Positions 27,852 through 38,761 of a stretch of DNA of 48,529 nt are shown here, one piece after another. The notes beneath the pieces were generated by a model. The model had not been told where the DNA came from and ran no database searches. It saw only the letters and a list, made by a program, of their open reading frames with translations. The DNA comes from Nitrospinota bacterium (GTDB lineage: Bacteria; UBA8248), in NCBI GenBank assembly GCA_036231405.1, contig JAZAHK010000023.1, positions 1 through 48,529 on the forward strand. The letters run 5' to 3'. Each line of letters starts with the position of its first letter. Position 1 is the stretch's first letter. A program made the position numbers and the translations under genes.

Positions 27852-28601
27852 ATGCGTTTAGAAAATAAAAAAGCAATTGTGACTGGAGCAGGTGGTGGCA
27901 TAGGGAGTGCAATCTGTTTCGATTTTGCAAAAGAGGGTGCTGCCGTAATATGTCTAGATATTAATGAAGAATCTGCAAATCAAACCGCTGCAAAGATAAA
28001 GGAAAATGGTGGAAAAGCAATAGCTATGGTAGCAGATGTTTCTGAAGAAAGTGCGGCGGTAGAGGCTGTGAAATTAGCAGTAGATTCTTTTGGGGGACTC
28101 AATATTCTTGTTAGTAATGCGGTTATGGATCTTGAGCATGGGCCTTTGACAGAAATTGATGCGGAAGACTGGCGACGTGTTATGGATGTGAATTTTAATA
28201 GTTCATTTCTGTTTTCAAAACATGCTATCCCCGAAATGGAAAAAGAAGGAGGGGGTAGTATCATATTAATTGCTTCGCAGCTGGGGCGAGTGGCAAGGCC
28301 TGGAAGACCTTGGTACTGCGGTGCTAAAGGAGGATTGATTAATATGGCACGCGCAATCGCTCTGGACCATGCAAAACAAGGGATACGTTGCAACACTATT
28401 TCTCCTGGCCCTATAGAAACCGGTCGATATGTCAGAAATTATGATAACGTAGAGCACGCGCGTCAAAATAATTTCACTCTATTCGATCGTTTAGGCCGTC
28501 CAGATGAAATTTCACCAGGAGCGGTGTTCCTTGCTAGTGATGAATCTTCTTTTATGACTGGTTCTGACCTTCTGATAGATGGCGGTTTTACTGCCGTATA
28601 A
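27852..28601 (+). CDS. SDR family oxidoreductase
   Basis: TGAGGGIG, SNA, YCGAKGG, GIRCNTISPG, FLASDESSFMTG..L.IDGG. Confidence 0.93.
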   Translation: MRLENKKAIVTGAGGGIGSAICFDFAKEGAAVICLDINEESANQTAAKIKENGGKAIAMVADVSEESAAVEAVKLAVDSFGGLNILVSNAVMDLEHGPLTEIDAEDWRRVMDVNFNSSFLFSKHAIPEMEKEGGGSIILIASQLGRVARPGRPWYCGAKGGLINMARAIALDHAKQGIRCNTISPGPIETGRYVRNYDNVEHARQNNFTLFDRLGRPDEISPGAVFLASDESSFMTGSDLLIDGGFTAV

Positions 28602-28625
28602 TTTACGCTTGAAAGAAGGAATGGA

Positions 28626-29006
28626 ATGAACAAAAGATTATTTTTTTCAATCGCAGCATTAAGCGGTTTTATTTCTGTTCTTGCTGGAGCTTTTGGTGCT
28701 CATGGTTTAGAGGGCAAGGTAAGTCCAAAAGAACTAGCTGCCTTTCAGACTGCTGCTGAATACCAAATGTATCATGCATTGGCCTTAGTTGCCGTGTCAT
28801 TGCTTTCGGAACGATATCCTTCCCGATCTCTGATCATTTCTGGTTGGTTTTTTGTTGTTGGAACTATTTTATTTTCAGGTTCCTTATATGTGCTGGGGGC
28901 GACTGGTTCTCGTGCCCTCGTATTTATTACCCCAATAGGGGGGACAGCATTTTTAATTGGATGGGTAGCACTTTTTTTTGCAGTTTCCAGGTTGTGGAAA
29001 AAGTAA
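28626..29006 (+). CDS. DUF423 (YgdD/YwdK-like) membrane protein
   Basis: GAFGAHGL, YQMYHALAL, LFSGSLY, ITPIGG..F..GW. Confidence 0.93.
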   Translation: MNKRLFFSIAALSGFISVLAGAFGAHGLEGKVSPKELAAFQTAAEYQMYHALALVAVSLLSERYPSRSLIISGWFFVVGTILFSGSLYVLGATGSRALVFITPIGGTAFLIGWVALFFAVSRLWKK

Positions 29007-29093
29007 AAAGACTTTTTTGATATTTCGTCTCTTATTACTCAGTGCAATTTTTTTAGGATAGGAATCTCTGATTTTTTCTGTCAGACTTAGAAT

Positions 29094-30143
29094 ATGAAAA
29101 AAATCACAGTAATTATATTTTTGTCTCTGTTTTTCTCACTTTTTCAGATAAAGTCCATTTTCGCTATAGATTTTATAGATGTACACGTTCATTTAGTCGG
29201 TGGCAGAGGGGATAATGTGGACTATGAAGGTGCCGTGGATGCTGCTCTTGAAGTAATGGACCGTATAGGAATCGAAAAAGCAATAATAATGTCTCCACCC
29301 CAAATCCCAAGCGTTGATGAGTATGATTATCCTGCTTTTATTGATGCCTTAAGTGAAAACAAGGATCGATTTATGTTTCTTGGAGGAGGGGGTTCTCTAA
29401 ATGTTCTATTGCATAAGTATAGAAATAAAAGCTCAATTACGAAGGAAATTAAACGAGATTTTCGTAAGCTGGCAGTCAAAATTTTGAAGGATGGTGCTAT
29501 TGGTTTTGGTGAAATGGCCTCGCTTCATATTTCTGCGGTATCTGGTCATCCTTATGAATTTGTTCCAGCGGATCATCCTCTTCTCAAGGTTTTAGCCGAT
29601 GTTGCTGCGAAATTTGACGTCCCAATTGATCTACACATGGACGCTGCAAACAAGGAAATACCTACTCCATTTCGCTTTAAAGATGCAGACAATCCAGACA
29701 ACTTGCCAGCAACGATTCCTGCTTTGAAAATGTTGCTAGCTCACAACTCAAAAGCGAAAATTGTCTGGGCACACGGAGGTTCAGATCCTTTGGGTTCTAT
29801 GTCTGCTTCTTTGATAAGTTCTATGATGGATAAATATCCGAATCTTTATGTAAGTTTGCGTGTAGTGGGTGGAAGAGCCCCAATGTTTAATAAAGTACTA
29901 AGCTTTGGGGCGTTAGCCCCAGATTGGAGCCAACTATTTAATCGTCATTCAAATCGTTTTGTTATTGGTTCTGACTCATTTTTTATTTCTCCAGAAATAA
30001 GAGGGGCAGGACCAGGTGCGCAATTCGGCAGACGAAATGTACAAAAACTAAGGGCAACCAAATATTTTTTGTCCCTGTTGCCATCTGATGTTGCTCTTAA
30101 GATTTCAAAAGAAAATGCAATGAGAATTTATAAAATTAAATAG
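29094..30143 (+). CDS. exported amidohydrolase family protein
   Basis: N-terminal signal peptide (MKK, hydrophobic core, IFA), then IDVHVH, GFGE, LHMD, WAHGG, IGSD. Confidence 0.85.
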   Translation: MKKITVIIFLSLFFSLFQIKSIFAIDFIDVHVHLVGGRGDNVDYEGAVDAALEVMDRIGIEKAIIMSPPQIPSVDEYDYPAFIDALSENKDRFMFLGGGGSLNVLLHKYRNKSSITKEIKRDFRKLAVKILKDGAIGFGEMASLHISAVSGHPYEFVPADHPLLKVLADVAAKFDVPIDLHMDAANKEIPTPFRFKDADNPDNLPATIPALKMLLAHNSKAKIVWAHGGSDPLGSMSASLISSMMDKYPNLYVSLRVVGGRAPMFNKVLSFGALAPDWSQLFNRHSNRFVIGSDSFFISPEIRGAGPGAQFGRRNVQKLRATKYFLSLLPSDVALKISKENAMRIYKIK

Positions 30144-30189
30144 CCGTTTTAGCGTATTTTATTCAAGAAAATTTTCATTTGCCCATTAT

Positions 30190-30774
30190 CTAATCAACCT
30201 TTCCTGCCTGAGGTGGGTCATAGTCCATAGGATTAAGACCATCTCTGCTAAGACGATCCCGGAACCATTGTTCATTTACTCTATTAGTATATGGATCCAT
30301 AGGAGCCATATCACAGAAAATTTCAATACAGTTTCCAGAGGGGTCACTGATATAGAGAGCGTGATTCTCTCCCCATAATCCATCTCCTTCTGGATGTGTG
30401 GGACTGTGAATTGCAGGACCATAGAAAATCTCGATGTCGTTTGATTCTAAATGAGACTTCCATGCTTCCAGCACATTTCTGTTTTCTACCTGAAGAGCAA
30501 AGTGATGAACTCCTACTTGCATAGAGTCAAAGGAACGTTGTTCATCAGAATTTACTTCTCCTTTTGGCCAATAGACAAGGTTCACGTCATGATGGAGTTC
30601 CGTGCACCGCATGAAACACAACCCAAATGGAAAATCCGGAATTTCTCCTGGTCTATAATTTTCTGTAATGGTAAAGCCAAGAATTTCTGTATAAAATCGG
30701 CGGGCCAGTTCAATATCATGTACCTTGATTGCTATATGCTGGAGACATACAAATTTGGGCGGGATATTTGCCAT
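30190..30774 (-). CDS. VOC family protein (extradiol-dioxygenase-like domain)
   Basis: LQHIAIKV.D...ARRFY..ILG, FMRC..LHH, VHHFAL, YISDPSGNCIE. Confidence 0.88.
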   Translation of the reverse strand: MANIPPKFVCLQHIAIKVHDIELARRFYTEILGFTITENYRPGEIPDFPFGLCFMRCTELHHDVNLVYWPKGEVNSDEQRSFDSMQVGVHHFALQVENRNVLEAWKSHLESNDIEIFYGPAIHSPTHPEGDGLWGENHALYISDPSGNCIEIFCDMAPMDPYTNRVNEQWFRDRLSRDGLNPMDYDPPQAGKVD

Positions 30775-30795
30775 TAGAGACTCCTTCTGTAGTTT

Positions 30796-31926
30796 TTATT
30801 CGATAATTGTATAGAACTCCCTTCCTGCATCACCAAGTCCCTCACAACCATTATCTGTGACGACTACGGTATCTTCCAATTTTACGTACCCAATTTCTGG
30901 GTGTCTTATATCTGTTTCTATCGAAATAATCATGCCGCTTTCTAGTTCTCTTTCTATGTCTGAACCAAATCTAGGTTGTTCATGGGAGATTAAACCCACT
31001 CCGTGGATGATGAAACTTCCATATTTACTATGACCAGACTCTTCTAGAATTTTTTCGCCCAGGTTGTAAATTGTGTTGTAACGTTCCCCCTTTCGTATGG
31101 CTAAACGAACCTCATCTTGGATGGTCAGGCAACTGGTGTATACGTCAGAAGCTTCTTTCGAAGGTTCTCCACGTACTCCCATTCTGCATACATCAGTCAA
31201 GTAATCATTTTCAGAACCCCCAGCATCCAAATGAAGAACTTCTCCTATTTCCCAATTTTTATTAGAGGGAGCACGAAGCATTTTTGTTCCTGCAGACGTG
31301 AACACCCATAGAAAGCATACTCCTCTATTGGTAAGTTCCCTTTCGACAGTCTGAGCAATTTCTATGGTAGTAGCGCCACCTTTCCCTGATTGAAATCCGA
31401 GTTCGATTGCTTCAGAGTCCGCCTCAGTGATTCTGCGCATCACTTCAATTTCTTCCTTTGTTTTCACTGCTCTTAGTTCTTCCAGAACGAAGAGGGCTTC
31501 CACAAAATTAACATCAGGAAGTTCTTTTCTCATGGTGTCTAGTGCGGTAGCTGGAAGAAAATCCTTTTCCACTGCAATAGTCCCCTTTTCAAGACCTAAT
31601 TTTTTGATGGCATTTGCGGCATTTTCTCCTGAGGCAGAGGTTACCCTTGGGCCGTTAATTATGTCTGTAAACCATAGGCTTTCTTCTGCAGCCTGACCCG
31701 CTTCGTTTTCATGTCCGATATAGAAAGTTTGGTCTTGTTTTCCTCTCGGAACTCCAACCAAAGGAGTGTACTGACTTTCACCGAATGCAGTAAATCTTTC
31801 ATGAAAGTGATAGAAATATCCTCCGGATAAATAGCGTATGTTTTGTCTTGTGCTCGCAAGAACGAGGTCGATCCCAGCGTCATCCATAAGAGTATCGAAT
31901 TTTTCTTCATTATATGGTATTTGCAT
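30796..31926 (-). CDS. M24 (Xaa-Pro peptidase-like) family protein
   Basis: NIRYLSG, RAVKTKEE; ligands in LDAG, TDVCR, HGVGLISHE, SIET and LEDT. Confidence 0.9.
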   Translation of the reverse strand: MQIPYNEEKFDTLMDDAGIDLVLASTRQNIRYLSGGYFYHFHERFTAFGESQYTPLVGVPRGKQDQTFYIGHENEAGQAAEESLWFTDIINGPRVTSASGENAANAIKKLGLEKGTIAVEKDFLPATALDTMRKELPDVNFVEALFVLEELRAVKTKEEIEVMRRITEADSEAIELGFQSGKGGATTIEIAQTVERELTNRGVCFLWVFTSAGTKMLRAPSNKNWEIGEVLHLDAGGSENDYLTDVCRMGVRGEPSKEASDVYTSCLTIQDEVRLAIRKGERYNTIYNLGEKILEESGHSKYGSFIIHGVGLISHEQPRFGSDIERELESGMIISIETDIRHPEIGYVKLEDTVVVTDNGCEGLGDAGREFYTIIE

Positions 31927-32093
31927 TGGTTCTCCACTGTTATGGTTTTAAAAGTTAACAAACGAACGTGGCTAAATCTTTTTATATTTTTATTATAAAC
32001 GTAGTTGACCTAGTAATTCATCCACTATACATTTTTTTCTTGATTCTGTGATATAGCCAATTAGACCGAAACCTGTTTTCTTGTGGAGTTTTA

Positions 32094-32777
32094 ATGAGCC
32101 GAGTAACACTTCTGATTCAATCTTCGATTGGAACCAAATTAGTAATGGCAGTCTCAGGACTTCTTCTGTTTCTTTTCGTGATTGCACATATTCTAGGAAA
32201 CCTTCTTGTTTTTCTTGGTCCAGAAGCTGCGAATGCTTATGCTCAAAGTTTAAAAGATCTTGGAGGACTTCTTTGGATTGCGAGGATTGGTCTTCTCGTC
32301 GTTTTTATTGTTCATATTGCATCTGCAGTAAGACTTTGGCGAATAAATAAGAGTGCGAGGCCTAACGATTATTCTGAGTTAGAATCTATGGCTACGTCAA
32401 TTTCAGCTAAATCTATGATTTTAAGTGGGTCTTTAGTTCTTGTATTTGTAGTCTATCATTTGTTGCATTTTACCTTACATATTACAAATCCAGAAATTGG
32501 CCATTTAGTAGATTCTCAAGGAAGGATTGACGTGTACAAAATGATTGTTATGGGTTTCTCTGATGTGAAAGTTTCAATTGTTTATATCGTTGCAATGATT
32601 CTCCTTGGATTACATTTAAATCATGGAATTTCTAGTCTTTTCCAAACACTTGGGATTGCAAACTATGCAGAGAATATCGCCTTAAAAAAAGCAGGTTCTA
32701 TTTTGGCGTTTTTAATATCGGTGGGTTTTATTTCTATACCCCTATCGGTTATTGCGGGACTTTTAAAACTCCCATAG
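32094..32777 (+). CDS. sdhC: succinate dehydrogenase/fumarate reductase cytochrome b subunit
   Basis: [14 protein letters not shown]; five TM helices; His in AHILGN, VHI, YHLLHF and LHLNHG..S.FQTLG. Confidence 0.95.
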   Translation: MSRVTLLIQSSIGTKLVMAVSGLLLFLFVIAHILGNLLVFLGPEAANAYAQSLKDLGGLLWIARIGLLVVFIVHIASAVRLWRINKSARPNDYSELESMATSISAKSMILSGSLVLVFVVYHLLHFTLHITNPEIGHLVDSQGRIDVYKMIVMGFSDVKVSIVYIVAMILLGLHLNHGISSLFQTLGIANYAENIALKKAGSILAFLISVGFISIPLSVIAGLLKLP

Positions 32778-32790
32778 AGAGGTTTGTGGA

Positions 32791-34704
32791 ATGAAAATTG
32801 ATTCGAATATACCTTCGGGTCCTTTAGAGAGTAAGTGGGATAATAGTCGTTTTGAAATGAAACTAGTTAATCCTGCTAATAAACGTAGATATAGGGTAAT
32901 TGTAGTTGGTTCTGGGCTAGCCGGAGGTGGTGCCGCAGCGACACTTGGAGAACTTGGGTACAATGTAGATTGTTTTTGTTTCCAGGACAGTCCGCGAAGA
33001 GCGCATAGTATTGCTGCACAGGGTGGTATTAATGCGGCAAAAAATTATCAAAATGATGGAGATAGTATTTATCGACTCTTCTACGATACCATTAAGGGTG
33101 GTGATTTCCGTTCTCGCGAGGCGAATGTTTACCGACTTGCGCAGGTTAGCGCAAATATTATCGATCAATGTGTTGCAATGGGTGTTCCTTTTGCTCGTGA
33201 ATATGGTGGTCAACTTGCAAACCGTTCTTTTGGTGGGGCGCAGGTTTCTCGAACTTTTTATGCAAGAGGACAAACTGGACAACAACTTCTCCTAGGTGTT
33301 TATGCTGCGCTAAGCAGGCAGATTGAAACTGGTCAGGTTCGAATGCATACTAGAACGGAGATGCAGGACCTAGTTTTGATTGATGGTAAGGCAAAGGGTA
33401 TTATTGCTAGAAATCTGGTTACTGGAGAGTTAGAAACTCACGCGGCAGATGCAGTTATACTTGCTACAGGAGGGTATGGCCCTGTTTTTTACCTTTCAAC
33501 AAACGCGATGGGCAATAATGTTAGCGCTACCATTAAGGCATATAAGAAAGGGGCTGTTTTCGCGAACCCTTGCTACACCCAAATACATCCAACTTGTGTT
33601 CCAGTTACTGGTGATCATCAATCTAAGCTCACGCTGATGTCTGAATCCTTACGAAATGATGGACGTGTCTGGGCACCGAAGACTGCAGGTGATAAACGTC
33701 ATCCAGACGAGATACCCGAAGAAGAACGTGATTATTATTTAGAGCGTTTGTATCCCAGTTTTGGCAATTTGGCTCCAAGAGATATTTCATCTAGAGCAGC
33801 TAAACGCGCATGTGATGAAGGTCGTGGTGTTGGAGATACCGGTCTCGGTGTGTATCTTGATTTTAGAGATTCAATAGAAAGATTGGGACTTGATCTCGTA
33901 AAACAGAGATACGGCAACCTTTTTGATATGTACGAGAAAATTACCGGTGAAAATGCATATAGTATTCCTATGAGGATTTATCCTGCTGTTCATTACACCA
34001 TGGGTGGTTCGTGGGTAGATTATAATTTGATGAGCAATATTCCTGGACTTTTTGTACTTGGTGAAGCAAATTTTTCTGATCATGGTGCGAATAGACTTGG
34101 CGCAAGTGCTTTAATGCAGGGGTTGGCAGATGGATATTTTGTTGCCCCGTATACTGTAAGTAATTACCTTGCAGGTGAGAAATACGGTGAAGTGACGAAC
34201 GAGAAAGATGAATTTAAAGAAGCTTTGAATAGTGTCGATTCCCAACTAGATCGGTTGCTCAATATTAAAGGTAACCGCACAGTAACTTCTTTCCATAGGG
34301 AACTCGGCCTTCTTTGCTGGGAATATTGTGGAATGTCGAGAACGAAAGAAGGGTTAGAGAAGGTTTTGAATTTGATTCCCGCTCTAAAAGAAGAGTTTTG
34401 GCAGAACGTAAATGTTCCAGGTGCTGGGAATGAAAGTAACGGAGAACTGGAAAAAGCAGTTCGAGTTGCAGATTTCCTAGATTTTGGAGAACTTATGTGC
34501 AGAGATGCCTTGAACAGAGAAGAGTCATGTGGTGGTCATTTCAGGGAAGAACACCAGACCGAAGAGGGAGAAGCCTTAAGGGATGATGAGAATTTTTCTC
34601 ATGTTTCTGCTTGGGAGTATAAAGGAGAGTCCCAAGTTCCTGAATTACACAAAGAAAATCTAGAATTTGAGTCTGTGAAACCTAGTGTAAGGAGTTATAA
34701 GTAA
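32791..34704 (+). CDS. sdhA: succinate dehydrogenase/fumarate reductase flavoprotein
   Basis: [57 protein letters not shown]. Confidence 0.97.
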   Translation: MKIDSNIPSGPLESKWDNSRFEMKLVNPANKRRYRVIVVGSGLAGGGAAATLGELGYNVDCFCFQDSPRRAHSIAAQGGINAAKNYQNDGDSIYRLFYDTIKGGDFRSREANVYRLAQVSANIIDQCVAMGVPFAREYGGQLANRSFGGAQVSRTFYARGQTGQQLLLGVYAALSRQIETGQVRMHTRTEMQDLVLIDGKAKGIIARNLVTGELETHAADAVILATGGYGPVFYLSTNAMGNNVSATIKAYKKGAVFANPCYTQIHPTCVPVTGDHQSKLTLMSESLRNDGRVWAPKTAGDKRHPDEIPEEERDYYLERLYPSFGNLAPRDISSRAAKRACDEGRGVGDTGLGVYLDFRDSIERLGLDLVKQRYGNLFDMYEKITGENAYSIPMRIYPAVHYTMGGSWVDYNLMSNIPGLFVLGEANFSDHGANRLGASALMQGLADGYFVAPYTVSNYLAGEKYGEVTNEKDEFKEALNSVDSQLDRLLNIKGNRTVTSFHRELGLLCWEYCGMSRTKEGLEKVLNLIPALKEEFWQNVNVPGAGNESNGELEKAVRVADFLDFGELMCRDALNREESCGGHFREEHQTEEGEALRDDENFSHVSAWEYKGESQVPELHKENLEFESVKPSVRSYK

Positions 34705-35450
34705 TGAAATTGACCCTACGTGTCTGGCGTCAACAGAACAGTCAGGAAAAAGGTCATTTTGAGACGTATGAAGTTGACAATATCATGCAAGAAATGTCTT
34801 TCCTCGAAATGCTTGACGTAACGAATGAACAGTTGATTTTGGATGGGAAAAAACCAATAGCTTTTGACTATGACTGTAGAGAAGGTATCTGTGGTATGTG
34901 TTCACTCGTTATCAATGGGAAAGCTCACGGTGGCAATAAAGGGACAACTACATGCCAGTTGCATATGAGATTTTTTGAAGATGGAGATACGATTACGATT
35001 GAACCCTTTAGATCAAAAGCTTTTCCAGTCATAAAGGATCTGATTGTCGATCGTTCCTCTTTTGACCGTATTATTCAAAAAGGCGGGTATATTTCTGCAA
35101 ACTCAGGAAGTGCGCCAGATGGGAATTCTATCCTCGTGCCCAAGCAGGATTCTGATTTGGCAATGGATGCTGCTCAGTGTATTGGATGTGGTGCGTGTGT
35201 GGCATCTTGTCCCAATGGTTCAGCAATGTTGTTTGTTTCTGCTAAAGTCTCCCATCTTTCTAACCTTCCTCAGGGTCATCCCGAACGGAAAAAGCGTGTT
35301 CTTAAGATGGTGGAACAGATGGATGGTGAAGGTTTTGGGAATTGTACTAACCATGCCGAATGTGAAGCTGCGTGTCCTAAAGAAATAAGTATTAGCCATA
35401 TTGCTAAAATGAATCGTGAATTTATCAGTGCTACCCTTTCGGGCAAATAG
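34704..35450 (+). CDS. sdhB: succinate dehydrogenase/fumarate reductase iron-sulfur subunit
   Basis: [39 protein letters not shown] coupling to sdhA. Confidence 0.97.
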   Translation: MKLTLRVWRQQNSQEKGHFETYEVDNIMQEMSFLEMLDVTNEQLILDGKKPIAFDYDCREGICGMCSLVINGKAHGGNKGTTTCQLHMRFFEDGDTITIEPFRSKAFPVIKDLIVDRSSFDRIIQKGGYISANSGSAPDGNSILVPKQDSDLAMDAAQCIGCGACVASCPNGSAMLFVSAKVSHLSNLPQGHPERKKRVLKMVEQMDGEGFGNCTNHAECEAACPKEISISHIAKMNREFISATLSGK

Positions 35451-35476
35451 ATTTATCTAAAAACGTGAAAAATTCT

Positions 35477-36148
35477 TTAATCTAAAACAGGGGTGACACA
35501 CTCGACTCCGTTGTTTTTTGGGTTGTTTACGTATTTACTTACTTTTCTTATTTCAAAAGAATCTTCTGGTTTATTTTCTATAATTTCTTGCACTTTTTTC
35601 GGCGAATTTATTTCGAGATTTATCCATTCCAAGTATTTGATATCCGAAAAAATTATCGGCATCCTTTCATGAATTTCTTCAATAGGTCCCCTTGCTTTTG
35701 TGGTAAGAATAGCGCAGGTATGTATTTCTGTTCCTTGAGTGGATAACCATTTGTCCCATATCCCGGCAAAGAAAAAAGGACCATTATTTTCGAGTGAAAT
35801 GAAATAAGGTACTTTTTCTCCGTTTTCATTTTTCCACTCAAAAAATCCATCAGCTGGAAGAAGGCATCTCCTATACCGGAATGGTGTTCGAAAAGAAGGT
35901 TTTTCCGTGATTGTTTCTACACGCGCATTGATAAATGAAGGAAGTGCTTTATCCTCTTTTGCCCAAAATGGAATCAGACCCCATTTTAGGAGTGAAAAGA
36001 CTGGTTTTTTCTCTTCCAGACTTTGAAGAGAAGAGACATTGGTTCCAGGACAGATATTGAAATTTGGAGGAATAGCTTTACCTTCAGAAGAACCCGTCAG
36101 CTTTTCGATGCAATGTTCTGGTTCTGAAAGGGAATATCTTCCACACAT
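35477..36148 (-). CDS. SRAP (YedK/HMCES-like) abasic-site processing protein
   Basis: MCGRY N-terminus, WGLIP.W, INAR.ET, RRCL.PADGFFEW, HERMP, VNN. Confidence 0.95.
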   Translation of the reverse strand: MCGRYSLSEPEHCIEKLTGSSEGKAIPPNFNICPGTNVSSLQSLEEKKPVFSLLKWGLIPFWAKEDKALPSFINARVETITEKPSFRTPFRYRRCLLPADGFFEWKNENGEKVPYFISLENNGPFFFAGIWDKWLSTQGTEIHTCAILTTKARGPIEEIHERMPIIFSDIKYLEWINLEINSPKKVQEIIENKPEDSFEIRKVSKYVNNPKNNGVECVTPVLD

Positions 36149-36199
36149 CTTTTGTTCTTTCGGATTGAAATTTTTAAAGGAAGCAACGATTCCATTTTT

Positions 36200-37897
36200 T
36201 TATGGCAATTCTTTCTTCAGAAAATCAAAATCACACCCTTCTGGCGCCTGCAAAACATGATCAAGAAAAATTTTTCCGTATCCTCTGTCGTATTGAGGTT
36301 TTGGAGGTGTCCAATTTTTTCTTCTATTCTCAAGTTCCTTTTCGTCTACAAGTAAATCAAGTCTTCTCTTTTGAACGTCGAGTTCTATAATATCTCCGTC
36401 TTCCACTAATGCGATAGGTCCTCCTTTGGCAGCTTCCGGGGCCACATGTAAAATAGTTGTCCCACCGGCAGTGCCGCTCATGCGAGCATCGGAAATACGG
36501 ACAATATCCCTGATTCCAGTTTCTAGTAGTTTTTTTGGGATAGGTAAGAATCCTGACTCAGGGAACCCAGGAGCTCCTATTGGTCCTGAATTTTGTAAAA
36601 CAAAGACGCTATCTGCTGTTGCAGGTAAGTCTGGGTCGTCAATTCTTTTTTCCATATCTTCCTGAGATTTGAAAACTACTGCTTTCCCTTTGTGTTGTAA
36701 TTTTTCAGGATCAGCTGCAGAGACTTTCAGCACAGCGCCATCTGGTGCAAGGCTCCCATATAAAACAACGATTCCGCCTTCAGGTGAAATTGGTTTTTCT
36801 TTTTTATAAATTACATTCTGCCAGTTTTCAGGTCCTTTGATATTCTCTAAATTCTTAAAGATTGATTCTCCGGTGACGGTGAGACAATCACTATGCAAAA
36901 TAGTCTCTAATTCTTTCATTACACAAGGAATTCCTCCTGCTGCTGCAAGGTCTTCCATTAAATATTTTTCTCCGGATGGTCGAATATCTACGATAAGTGG
37001 TGTGGTTCTTGATAATTCGTCAAATAATTTCAGAGGGAGATCTATGCCAAGTCTTCCTGCAATTGCAGGTAAATGAACGACAGCATTTGTTGAACCGCCT
37101 ACTGCCATTAAAATTCTAATTGCATTTTCAAGGGATTTTCTCGTAATGATTTTTGAAGGAGTGATATCCTTTTTTATCAATTCTACAATTTGTCGACCAC
37201 TTTGTTCCGCTAACCGCAATCTTTTCGAATTTACTGCTGGTATTGCGGCCATACCCGGCAACATCATACCCATAGCTTCGGCAATCGATGCCATTGTGCA
37301 GGCAGTACCCATTACCATACATGTGCCTGCGGAAGGAAACAGTTCATCCTGAACCTCATCGAGACTGTCATCATCAAAAACTCCCGCCCTGTGTTCATTC
37401 CAAAGTCCTCTACAATCAGAACAAGCGCCTATTCTTTTGCCTTTATGATGTCCTCCAATCATTGGACCTGCGGTTACTATCATAGATGGAATATCTGCGC
37501 TTGCTGCTCCCATAAGTTGTGCAGGGACTGTTTTGTCACAACCTCCCAATAGTACTGTTCCGTCTAGTGGGAGTCCCTTTAACATTTCTTCCGTGTCCAT
37601 AGAAAGTAGATTTCGAAAGAACATGGAAGTTGGAAACATATAAATTTCTGCAAGAGAAATAGTAGGGAATTCTAAAGGAAGCCCACCAGCTTGCCACACT
37701 CCACGTTTTACAGCTTCTCCAACTTCACGCAAATGTCTATGACATGGATTAAGTTCGCTCCAGGTTTGTGCAATTCCGATTACGGGACGATCTAAGTCCT
37801 CATTAGTAAGTCCAAATCCTTTTGCATACGCTTTCCTAATGAATGCGCTAAATTTCTCGTCACCCATTCCAGTTAGGCGTTTTTTTATCCCTTGCAT
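36200..37897 (-). CDS. IlvD/Edd family dehydratase (dihydroxy-acid or sugar-acid)
   Basis: SELNPCH, GCDKT, GTCMVMGTA, GGSTN, SDARMSGT, HVAPEAA.GGP. Confidence 0.93.
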   Translation of the reverse strand: MQGIKKRLTGMGDEKFSAFIRKAYAKGFGLTNEDLDRPVIGIAQTWSELNPCHRHLREVGEAVKRGVWQAGGLPLEFPTISLAEIYMFPTSMFFRNLLSMDTEEMLKGLPLDGTVLLGGCDKTVPAQLMGAASADIPSMIVTAGPMIGGHHKGKRIGACSDCRGLWNEHRAGVFDDDSLDEVQDELFPSAGTCMVMGTACTMASIAEAMGMMLPGMAAIPAVNSKRLRLAEQSGRQIVELIKKDITPSKIITRKSLENAIRILMAVGGSTNAVVHLPAIAGRLGIDLPLKLFDELSRTTPLIVDIRPSGEKYLMEDLAAAGGIPCVMKELETILHSDCLTVTGESIFKNLENIKGPENWQNVIYKKEKPISPEGGIVVLYGSLAPDGAVLKVSAADPEKLQHKGKAVVFKSQEDMEKRIDDPDLPATADSVFVLQNSGPIGAPGFPESGFLPIPKKLLETGIRDIVRISDARMSGTAGGTTILHVAPEAAKGGPIALVEDGDIIELDVQKRRLDLLVDEKELENRRKNWTPPKPQYDRGYGKIFLDHVLQAPEGCDFDFLKKELP

Positions 37898-38000
37898 TTT
37901 TATATTCCCTTATCCCGCTTTTTTATAAATTTTATATTTGCTATCTTTTTATGCATTAGTTTTTAATTAGATTTATATTCTACCATTTTAGGGTTCCTCT

Positions 38001-38720
38001 ATGAAATTTGTTAATCGCTTTTCTTTTCAATGTCTTTTCACTCTTGCCATTTCATTTTTTTTGGCAACTTCTTTTTTAGGATGTGGTTCTGAAAGATTTG
38101 AAAATTCCAAAAAGCTATTGGCGAAAATTACACCCGAAATTCCAAGTATATCTCCTGGAGATGTTGTAGACAAAATTGCGACAAGTATTCCATTCATGCA
38201 AGATGATCCCATTATGGATGTTCCAAGAGGTAGTGTTAGTATTTCCACTAAGCCATATGGTGGGATGGTCTTTTTTAATGGTACGAATCGTGGGCGAGCG
38301 ATAAAGGGAAAGCCTGTTGTCCTTAGGGGAATTAAATTTGGTTCTCACTCACTTACTGCTCGATTTCCTGAAATGGTTTCTACAGTTTTTCACTTTAGGC
38401 TTTTGAGAAAAACAACAACTTTTGTTGTTCCTATTCATAAAAACTCTAGAAGTATGATTACTTTTCATGTTTCTCCTGCTCCAGCTGAAATTTTTGTTGG
38501 GAGCAAATTTTTAGGAAATGCTGATTCAAAGATCTCAACAAAAAAACTAGGGGTTGGTTCGCATCGTGTATGGATTAGGAAAAAAGGCTTTCTATCATTT
38601 CGATTTGAAATCGAAGTGAATCCCATTTTACATCATTTTTATTTTGTGGAAATGATAAAAAATTTAGATGATAATAAGGGGTCAGGAACTTTTACGAATA
38701 AAATTTTCAAGATTTTTTGA
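38001..38720 (+). CDS. PEGA-domain lipoprotein
   Basis: Lipobox-like FLGC after a hydrophobic stretch; two PEGA-like repeats (ISTKPYGGMVFFNG; VSPAPAEIFVG..G.H.V.I.KKG). Confidence 0.65.
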   Translation: MKFVNRFSFQCLFTLAISFFLATSFLGCGSERFENSKKLLAKITPEIPSISPGDVVDKIATSIPFMQDDPIMDVPRGSVSISTKPYGGMVFFNGTNRGRAIKGKPVVLRGIKFGSHSLTARFPEMVSTVFHFRLLRKTTTFVVPIHKNSRSMITFHVSPAPAEIFVGSKFLGNADSKISTKKLGVGSHRVWIRKKGFLSFRFEIEVNPILHHFYFVEMIKNLDDNKGSGTFTNKIFKIF

Positions 38721-38761
38721 TATGAGTTAAAAGTTCATTTTAAATTTTTAAAGGGGTATGA

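Noticed and set aside
20583-38720. Other TGA stops (coaD 20585, hypothetical 23385, PEGA protein 38720) as Sec or recoding candidates
   Set aside because: No redox-motif context or SECIS-like hairpin, and coaD ends at its expected length. TGG is used for Trp throughout, so there is no sign of genome-wide UGA reassignment.
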